In this document: positions 54,871 to 64,000 of the stretch, one piece after another
How the letters are laid out: the number at the start of each line of letters is the position of its first letter
Numbering within the stretch: the stretch's first letter is position 1
Assembly (NCBI RefSeq): GCF_006345805.1
Contig: NC_043002.1
Coordinates: 107,136,001-107,200,000, forward strand
Origin: Octopus sinensis
Lineage: Eukaryota
Direction of reading: 5' to 3'
Length of the DNA: 64,000 bases
Made by a program: the position numbers and the translations under genes
The notes under the pieces: generated by a model
Told to the model about the DNA's origin: nothing
Database searches by the model: none
What the model saw: only the letters and a program-made list of their open reading frames with translations

Positions 54871-54941
54871 AACAACAAGATGAGGACAAATATCAGTCAT
54901 ATGTAAATGATGTACATTTCGTGTAGAGTACAATTTATTAC

Positions 54942-55346
54942 TCTCTTTACTTTTACTCTTTTACTTGTTTCAGTCATTTGACTGCAGCCATGCTGGAGCA
55001 TCGCCTTTAATCAAGCAACTCGACCCCGGGACTTATTCTTTTTGTAAGCCCAGTACTTATTCTATCAGTCTCTTTTTGCCGAACCGCTAAGTGACAGGGA
55101 CGTAAACACACCAGCATCGGTTGTCAAGCAATGCTAGAGGAACAAACACAGACACTCACACATACATATATATACATATATACGACAGGCTTCTTTCAGT
55201 TTCCGTCTGCCAAATCCACTCACAAGGCATTGGTTGGCCCGTGGCTATAGCAGAAGACACTTGCCCAAGATGCCACGCAGTGGGACTGAACCTGGAACCA
55301 TGTGATTGGTTAGCAAGCTACTTACCACACAGCCACTCCTGCACCT
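54942..55346 (-). mobile_element. SINE family A
   Basis: Full-length match. Confidence 0.9.
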
Positions 55347-56537
55347 GTTAAAGGCTGGAGGGTATATCAGCTGAAACGTTGTGTTAACCACAAAATCTTA
55401 TACGGACCCTATTTGATACTTACTGCTGTAGGTGTTCCCAAAGATTCATCTTGTAGAAAAGAAAAACTTGTATAAAGAAAGTTTTGCCTTTAAGACGTAC
55501 TTAAAAAGATGGAACTTGCAGAAAATTTGTCTCAGGTTTTGAAGAATGGAAAGGTGAGTGGACTTCGTTGATGGTGTTGTAGAGAGACTTGAACCCGAGT
55601 CACCACATTATGGTCTTCAAACCACGACATCGCTCGACTCTTTCACGTGTGAGGCCAAGTTATCAGCCAATCAGCAGCTAGTTTTCATGTGATTGCTTCT
55701 CCAGATCCTTCTACGTCGATCCTTCTCCGTAATGAGCCTATAAACAGAGTATGTTCTTGGCGCCAATTCGAGAGTGTTGTAGACGTCCGGATGGGATGTC
55801 ATCTCCACTCTTGCCAAGCTTCAGTGTGTGTGACGTGCGATGTTGCGGTCTGATACACACACACCTGCTTAAGTAGTTGTTTTAACGACTGCATGCTCAT
55901 CCTGATGCGTGTTATATGAAGCAACGCGTGTAGACGTTCTTGTGTTTAATCCACCCCCAGTGCCAAGCTTTTGTATCCAGCTACCATGCACGTCGCATTG
56001 TGTTTCTATGCAGCTTGTTGACTCTGTGTGAAGATTTTCCTGAATGACGACCAACTTGTGTGGCGTAAATAAAATCACATTTTAATGTTTGCAGGGTGTT
56101 GTTAAATCATTCACGCGCAGCCTCTGCAAACATCGCTTGCGACAGTGTTAATGGGGGAAAAAATGTCGCGATGTAGTAAAGTTAATGTATGGTGTTTGGA
56201 GGTTGATTGAAAAATGTGAGTTTACTTGGTACATTTGGAAAATGACGAAGTACAGAAATGTGGAAAAATTTGATGCTATTCGAAAGAGAGATGAAGCACA
56301 GTGTAAACCTAAAGAAGATATCGTTTTGGGTTTTTGGTTGTTGTTTCCTGTTCAATAATGTAATGTGGAATAAACACGCTACAGTGATAAATTCGTAATG
56401 TCTATCACAGAAATACTTTGAGAAAAGCAGGACAGCTGCACAAGAAAAACCAGAAACATGGAATGGTTGGAGTAATTATGGAGCAGTAGTGAGATAAAGT
56501 TTTGTGATCGTGGGAAAGGTTGCTGGGACATCAGTGA

Positions 56538-57949
56538 TTGTATTTGTAATGGTTGTGTGATGGCCAGGCCCGACCCGGCCCTAGGGTTGCTGGCGCCCTA
56601 GACAAGCTGTGTATTTGTAATGGTTGTGTGATGGCCAGGGCTGGCCCTAGGGTTGCTGGCGTCCTGGACAAGCTGTGTATTTGTAATGGTTGTGTGATGG
56701 CCAGGCCTGGCCCTAGGGTTGTTGGCGCCCTGGACAAGCTGTGTATTTGTAATGGTTGTGTGATGGCCAGGGCTGGCCCTAGGGTTGCTGGCGCCCTGGA
56801 CAAGCTGTGTATTTGTAATGGTTGTGTGATGGCCAGGGCTGGCCCTAGGGTTGCTGCCGCCCTGGACAAGCTGTGTATTTGTAATGGTTGTGTGATGGCC
56901 AGGGCTGGCCCTAGCGTTGCTGGCGCCCTGGACAAGCTGTGTATTTGTAATGGTTGTGTGATGGCCAGGGCTGGCCCTAGGGTTGCTGGCGCCCTGGACA
57001 AGCTGTGTATTTGTAATGGTTGTGTGATGGCCAGGGCTGGCCCTAGGGTTGCTGGCGCCCTGGACAAGCTGTGTATTTGTAATGGTTGTGTGATGGCCAG
57101 GGCTGGCCCTAGGGTTGCTGGCGCCCTGGACAAGCTGTGTATTTGTAATGGTTGTGTGATGGCCAGGGCTGGCCCTAGGGTTGCTGGCGCCCTGGACAAG
57201 CTGTGTATTTGTAATGGTTGTGTGATGGCCAGGGCTGGCCCTAGGGTTGCTGGCGCCCTGGACAAGCTGTGTATTTGTAATGGTTGTGTGATGGCCAGGC
57301 CCGACCCGGCCCTAGGGTTGCTGGCGCCCTGGACAAGCTGTGTATTTGTAATGGTTGTGTGATGGCCAGGGCTGGCCCTAGGGTTGCTGGCGCCCTGGAC
57401 AAGCTGTGTATTTGTAATGGTTGTGTGATGGCCAGGGCTGGCCCTAGGGTTGCTGGTGCCCTGGACAAGCTGTGTATTTGTAATGGTTGTGTGATGGCCA
57501 GGCCCGACCCAGCCCTAGGGTTGCTGGCGCCCTGGACAAGCTGTGTATTTGTAATGGTTGTGTGATGGCCAGGGCTGGCCCTAGGGTTGCTGGCGCCCTG
57601 GACAAGCTGTGTATTTGTAATGGTTGTGTGATGGCCAGGCCCGACCCGGCCCTAGGGTTGCTGGCGCCCTGGACAAGCTGTGTATTTGTAATGGTTGTGT
57701 GATGGCCAGGGCTGGCCCTAGGGTTGCTGGTGCCCTGGACAAGCTGTGTATTTGTAATGGTTGTGTGATGGCCAGGCCCGACCCGGCCCTAGGGTTGCTG
57801 GCGCTCTGGACAAGCTGTGTATTTGTAATGGTTGTGTGATGGCCAGGGCTGGCCCTAGGGTTGCTGGCGCCCTGGACAAGCTGTGTATTTGTAATGGTTG
57901 TGTTATGGCCAGGGCTGGCCCTAGGATTGCTGGCGCCCTGGACAAGCTG
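56538..57949. repeat. Tandem array, ~21 copies of a 66-bp unit (five are a 71-bp variant)
   Basis: GTATTTGTAATGGTTGTGTGATGGCCAGGGCTGGCCCTAGGGTTGCTGGCGCCCTGGACAAGCTGT; near-identical copies, no spacers. Confidence 0.97.
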
Positions 57950-58064
57950 AATTTCGGCGCCCTTACAAGTATAATTTTTGATCTTTTCACTCCCTCCTTG
58001 GCACCCCCTAGCACATGGCGCCCTGGTCGACTGCCTGAGTTGCTGATTTCTTGAGCCGGCCCTA
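57910..58064. mobile_element. hAT-type MITE
   Basis: Ends CAGGGCTGGCCC / GAGCCGGCCCTA; 8-bp TSD GT(G/T)ATGGC at 57902-57909 and GTGATGGC at 58065-58072. Confidence 0.85.
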
Positions 58065-58936
58065 GTGATGGCTGCAGTGGCTGGGACACACCCTCACCAT
58101 TACCCTCGAGCTTTATGGCGCAGAGTCCCAACAACTTCATGCAAACCAAACGGGGAACTACAATTCGATCTCATGACCTACTAAACAAAACAGCTAAATC
58201 CCTCTTAAATCACAGTGCTTACTATGTTTGACAAATGTCTTTCTTTCTACTATAGTTTCAGGTTGACTCAAGCCTTGTAAGGAAAACTGCTTAGGTGGAA
58301 ACTGTTGAAGCCCCCAAGATGGATTGTAGTTGTAATTCAAATGCTCGGCCTTGTTATATGGTGTGCTAAACGGATTCTGCCAGAAAATTTCGGTAACAGT
58401 TCACTTTTCTGTAGAGCACGTTAATTTTAGTAGATATGAAGTTTACTTGTCTGCGAATCATTAATTTTATCAAGCATGTAGTTCAGTTGATAAAGAACTG
58501 AATGCTTGGAATACTCGGCCACTTACTCGCTAATTAACAAAGGAGTTAGTTTACTTGATCAAACAACCGGAAAGTTATCGTCGAAAATGACAGAGGCTCC
58601 GACTTTCCTCAGAACAAGATGAAAGAGGAAGACTTTGATCATAAATCATAATAATAGGGGTTGGCCTGAGTCAAAACAACGACCACCACGGCCACGACCA
58701 CGACAACAACAACAACAACAGAAGCAACAATAACAACACGTTAATCACTCAACTATTCATAAATTCCTCATAAATTGACTGACATGCATAACTTAGTAGT
58801 TTGCTGCTGAAGGCTAAACAAGAGACATTTCCCTCTGCTTAAAGATAAATATCTACAATGATCTCTCTCTCCCTCTTTAACACTCTTGTATTCTTTCTTT
58901 TAGTTTTCTGGGGGCTCTTTTTCCTGTTTTTTTTTA

Positions 58937-58967
<31 letters not shown>

Positions 58968-59508
58968 TTACTCTCACAATTTCCAGTTCTGTAACCTGAT
59001 TTCTCCCCCCCCCCCCCCCACCGTCTTGTTTAGGCTGTCACTGGGCGTATTGAGGTTATCTCTGATGAAATTATCAGCTTGTTTGATAATTTGTCCTTAC
59101 TTTCGTTGAACAACGGATGAGATGTTGACATTGATGGTGGTAGTGTTGGTGGCGGTGGTGATGGTGGTGGTGATGGTGGTGGTGGTGGTGGTGGTGGGGT
59201 GGGGGAAGAATATTTTGATATTTATTTATGTACGCGCACACGTACACGCAAATGTATGTGTGCGTGTCTGTCTATGAATGCGTATATATGTATGTATGTA
59301 TGTATGTATGCATGTATATATGTGATATATATGCATGTGTATGTATGCATGAGTATGTGTGCATAAAAATTATATATATATATATTAAGAAAAAAGAAAA
59401 GAAAATAGAAAGATAATTAAATTATATATATATACATACATTCGCCATGCTGGACCGTTGAAATCTACGAGTTTTATTTTTAATTCTCTGTTTATTTTCT
59501 TCTTGCTC

Positions 59509-59544
59509 CTTTCTGTTGAAGAGCGTAGGCTCGAAACGTAAAAT
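59509..59544 (+). ncRNA. Minimal type I hammerhead motif with variant core, in a Penelope-like end
   Basis: TTT-CTGTTGA-A-GAGC-GTAG-GCTC-GAAA-CGTA-AAA; core position A6 reads T. Confidence 0.55.
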
Positions 59545-59645
59545 ACTTTTTCGTTTTCCTGAGCGTCAAAATAATACACTTGCTTGCTGTTCATACTCCT
59601 GTCTTCGTCTTTTATTTTTCTATAAATTTCAACTATACATACATA

Positions 59646-59691
<46 letters not shown>

Positions 59692-59694
<3 letters not shown>

Positions 59695-62202
59695 CCTTAA
59701 ATCCTTAAAATGTTTTAGCCCGAAGGCCGCGGCCATGCTGGGGCACCACCGCTGAATGAGCTACACTAGTTTGTGAATCCACCTCTGATACGTGGCACTT
59801 GATCAACAAGGGAGTTCGATGCTGCTGCCCGCATCCGTGTCTCCTGTCGTGAGGTAGGTTCATCTGGGACTCCCAACAAGAAGAGATCCAGTTTAGTTTT
59901 AAAGAAACCCACATCCACACCATGTAAGTCTCTCAGGCATTTAGGGAGGATGTTAAAGAGCTGTGGTCCTCTGAAACCCAAGCTGTTGCAGTATCTGGAC
60001 CTGTATTTTGATGGTGATGTTGGAATCCTTGGCACCACGCAGCGGCGCCCCGTTCTGCGGTTGGAGTAACTTTGAATGCCAAAGTTTGGGACAAGACCCT
60101 CCAGGATTTTCCAGATGTATATCACTGCATATCTCTCCCGCCTCCGCTCCAGGGAGAAGAGGTTTAATACCTTCAGTCTTTCCCAGTAGCTGACATTTTG
60201 CATTGAGACGATTTTCTTTGTGTAGCTTCTCTGAATTGCTTCGAGTTCTGCTGTTTGTTTTATATTGTGTGGTGGCCAAAGTTGGGAGCAGTAGTCCAAG
60301 CGGCTGAGGACGAATGTTTTCCATAGGACCATCAGTGTCTCCTTCTCTCTTGTTCTGAAAGTTCGGAGAATCCATCCAGCTAGCCGTCTGCATTTTATCA
60401 CCAGATTAGCAATATGCATTTGGAAAGATGCATCATTGCTCATGTCAATGCCCAGGTCACGCACTGATTTTGACTCAGGGATTGCAATTCTTCCTGGGCC
60501 AGTGTATCCAGTCTTCACGTCATTTACCTTTGTGTGCCAGTAACGCAGGGCTGGAACTTACCTGCATTAAACTGCATGTTGTTGTCCTCAGCCCACCTGT
60601 ATATTGTGTCCAGCTCATGTTGCAGATGCGCAATATTTTCAGGGTTTTGTATTGCGTGGGAGACTTTTGTGTCATCTTCATAGCTAGCAAGGGTGGTCAT
60701 CGTAGCAACTGAAGGCATGTCTGAAAGGGCCACTATGAACATCAGTGGTCCCAAGACAGTGCCCTGTGGGACACCGCTTGTTATTTGCGTTTCCTTGGAG
60801 GTGGCTCCATTGCTCACAACTGCCTGTTTTCTGTCTTTTAGGAAGTTGTGCAGCCACTCTCCAAGTTTCCCGCCTATGCCGAGACCACGCAGTTTGTGAC
60901 AGATCATACCATGGTCGACTTTATCAAAGGCTTTTGCAAAGTCGAGATATATTACATCCACATTTGAGCCATTTAGTAGCTGTTTCAACACCCAGTCATA
61001 GTGTTGCAGGAGCTGTGTTAGGCAGCCTCTACCTGGTCGAAATCCATGTTGGGTGTCAGGCAGCAAGTCATTTTCTTCAAGGAACATGATTAGTTTCTTA
61101 CGGACTATTCGTTCCATGACTTTGCTGATGTGTGAGGTCAGAGAGATAGGCCTATAATTTTTAGCATCTGCTCTGCTACCTCACTTATGGATAGGGCATA
61201 TTACCCCCTCTTTCAGTTTGACTGGGAGCTTACCACTTGCAAGAAAGCTCTGAAAGAGAAGCTGTAGCGGTTTTGCAAGGGCTCGTTTGCACGATTTGAG
61301 AAGGATCGCTGGGAATCCATCAGGTCCAGCAGCTGAGTTTGTGTCAATCTCATCAATGGCTAGTGTGATATCATCATCTTCGATGTTGATGTACTCAATT
61401 TTTGTCTCTTTGGCCGCAGGTAAAGTGGCAAAGAATTCTTCTGGGTTGTTTACTTGCCTGTGTCCTAGAGGTGTAGTGAACACACTTTGGAACTGTTCGT
61501 TCAGTATTTCACTTATCCTCGTAGGATTTCCTGTGAGAGAGCCATCTTTTTGGAAGAGAGGTCCTATTCTCTGGTGCACTGTGGCTGTCTCTTTGGCAAA
61601 CTTAAAGAAAGCTTTAGGGTTTGATTTTATATTTTCTATTACCCAGCTTCTTTATCTGCTCTCTCCTTTTCATGGGACTGATGTAGACTTTTCTCAGTTT
61701 CCATTAGCATTCTTTCGAGCCGAGACTTCTCACCACTTTTGGTGTGCTTGCTCAGGCGGTTTGCAATCCTTGTCCGTCGTCTCATAAGAATCCTCCTTTC
61801 TCTAGGGATCCTGTTTTTGTTCTTGTGTGTGCTGGCCCTGCACACTGGGACATATTTGTCACATATGGCTTGTATTATGGACATGAAGTGTTTGTGTTTC
61901 ATGTTTATGTCCGGTGTGGAGAGACATTCAGGCCAATCCTGTTTGAGGATCTCTTCCTCAATCAACTTCCAGTTGGCTTTATGAAAGTTTAAGTTGGAGA
62001 GATGGTGGGTGCTTCGTATAGGCTGTGTGTCTGCGGGGGCTTTTGTTCCATACATAGACAGCTCTATTATGTTGTGATCCGAGATCATTGTCGGCATCAC
62101 ATTAACATTATGGATAATATCCATATTGTTTGTGAAGCAGAGATCCAGTATATTATCTGCCCTTGTTGGTTGCAGAACTATTTGCTCCATGAAAGAGGCA
62201 TT

Positions 62203-62204
<2 letters not shown>
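59692..62204 (-). mobile_element. CR1-group (CR1/L2/Crack-like) LINE, 5'-truncated, disrupted ORF2
   Basis: APE end [21 protein letters not shown]; RT motifs GPDGFP, NYRPISLTS, QHGFRPGR, YLDFAKAFDKVDH, GVPQGTVLGP, YEDDTK; short 3' UTR ending (TTTAAGGA)2. Confidence 0.93.
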
Positions 62205-62268
<64 letters not shown>

Positions 62269-62301
62269 CATATATATATATACATACGTACATATATATA
62301 T

Positions 62302-62364
<63 letters not shown>

Positions 62365-62491
62365 CATACATACATATACATACATACATATATATATAAT
62401 ATATATAATATATACATGTGTGTGTATATAAATACATACATACATACATACACACACACACATATATAACATATATATACATACATACAGC

Positions 62492-62573
<82 letters not shown>

Positions 62574-62578
62574 TACAT

Positions 62579-62631
<53 letters not shown>

Positions 62632-63016
62632 TGGATAGATAAATAGATAGATAGACTTCCGACCGCCAACACCTCTCATGTCCATTTCCTAAGTTCCTGC
62701 CTTTAGGCTTTCACTTCATACACGCCAGCTCAATTTGATTCGTTCTCCGTCGAAAGACACCTGTTGTTATATTCTTGTTGTTTGTATTTGTTATTGTGTA
62801 CCATGTTCTCCGTTTTTTTTTTGTCTTTATTGCCGTACACATTCGCTAGCTTTCTCACAAAAAATCTAATGCTCTTAGCTTAGACTTTTTGGTGGGGCAA
62901 CCAGATCAAACTGTTTCAGGAGTGCGTTGGGGGATGCTGATATTCTCATGGAGGTGATCATCCAGAGAACGACCTGATGCACTAAACGTAGAAGTACGCC
63001 TGTACTGGAGTGGTGA

Positions 63017-63400
63017 TGGAAGCACTCCATCGGTTACGACGATGAGGGTTCCGGTTGATCCGAATCAACGGAACAGCCTGCTCGTGAAATTAACGTGTAA
63101 GTGGCTGAGCACTCCACAGACACGTGCACCCTTAACGTAGTTCTCGGGGATATTCAGCGTGACACAGAGAGCGACAAGGCCGGCCCCTAGAAATACAGGT
63201 ACAACAGAAACAGAAAGTAAGAGTGAGAGAAAGTTGTGGTGAAAGAGTACAGCAGGGATCACCACCATCCCCTGCCGGAGTCTCGTGGAGCTTTAGGTGT
63301 TTTCGCTCAATAAACACTCACAACGCCCGGTCTGGGAATCAAAACCGCGATCCTATGACTGCGAGTCCACTGCCCTAACCATTGGGCCATTGCGCTTCCA
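63017..63400 (-). mobile_element. SINE family B, full length
   Basis: Reverse-complement match to 5186-5570; ACTGGAGT near both ends. Confidence 0.9.
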
Positions 63401-63489
63401 CTGGAGTATATGATGCTGGCAGACGTGCAGTTAAAGTGCGGGTGGCTTGGTACCGAAGCTACACGCTTCTGGGGTACTAGGAGCTACAC

Positions 63490-63876
63490 GCAGAGGGGAC
63501 AAACAAGGACAGACAAGCGGATTAAGTCGATTACATCGACCCCAGTGCGTAACTGGTACTTATTTAATAGACCCCGAAAGGATGAAAGGCAAAGTCGACC
63601 TCGGCGGAATTTGAACTCAGAACGTAGCGGCAGACGAAATACCTATTTCTTTACTACCCACAAGGGGCTAAACACAGAGGAGACAAACAAGGACTGACAT
63701 AGGTATTAAGTCGATTACATCGACCCCAGTGCGTAACTGGTACTTATTTAATAGACCCCCAAAAGGATGAAAGGCAAAGTCGACCTCGGCGGAATTTGAA
63801 CTCAGAACGTAACAGCAGACGAAATACCGCTTAGCATTTCGACCGGCGTGCTAACGTTTCTGCCAGCTCGCCGCCT
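63490..63876 (-). mobile_element. SINE family C dimer
   Basis: Two units joined at GAAATAC/CTATTTC (63636-63649); complete head GGCGGCGAGCTGGCAGAA. Confidence 0.88.
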
Positions 63877-64000
63877 TAACCCTTTTAACACACTTAATCA
63901 ACAATTAACGACACCTTGAAGTCCGGTATGTCTTCCCACCAAGGGACATTGCATTACACGAAACACCTCATATTCGTCCTCAGAACATAATCTTCCTTAA

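Larger units (their letters stand above)
53690..54915 (+). mobile_element. SINE family D locus 2: inverted tail (53690-53813), tRNA-like head (53812-53888), (AAT)n with insertions, hammerhead tail (54776-54915)
   Basis: A box TGGCATAGTGG, B box GAGTTTGATTCC; same architecture as 28947-34070. Confidence 0.78.
53529..55425. mobile_element. Old hAT-type MITE expanded by nested insertions
   Basis: Ends TAGTGGTACTCAA ... TTGATACTTACTG; 8-bp TSD CTGTAGAT (53521-53528) / CTGTAGGT (55426-55433). Confidence 0.55.

Noticed and set aside
56531-58054. Cys-rich repeat protein or CRISPR array
   Set aside because: Units are contiguous and near-identical with no unique spacers; the 71-bp variants break frame; explained by the MITE junction
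59061-59110. CTGATGA motif
   Set aside because: No GAAA, stem III or stem I follows

Overview
This is AT-rich, microsatellite-dense eukaryotic DNA made almost entirely of nested transposable elements and simple repeats. The SINE set resembles that of octopus (coleoid cephalopod); this is inference from memory, not a search. I found no convincing host protein-coding exon, rRNA, true tRNA or CRISPR array, and nearly all ORFs in the track are translations of microsatellites or SINEs. The real coding remnants are all transposon-derived: a near full-length R4/Dong-clade LINE in (AAT)n (29.8-33.7 kb), fragments of a second R4-clade family always ending at (ACAT)n, a CR1-group LINE (59.7-62.2 kb), an RTE fragment and several Tc1/mariner transposases. 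There are also at least five SINE families (called A-E here) plus piggyBac, hAT and Helitron non-autonomous elements. Best signals: (1) a tRNA-headed SINE (family D) with a type-I hammerhead ribozyme tail and a Penelope-style inverted 3' copy in front, at two loci; (2) five further hammerhead families, several in the same inverted layout; (3) a shared, co-varying 3' hairpin linking the commonest SINE to the CR1-group LINE; (4) an apparently (ACAT)n-specific R4 LINE; (5) a 21-copy minisatellite built from a hAT MITE junction. Coordinates were counted by hand and element ends may be off by a few bases.
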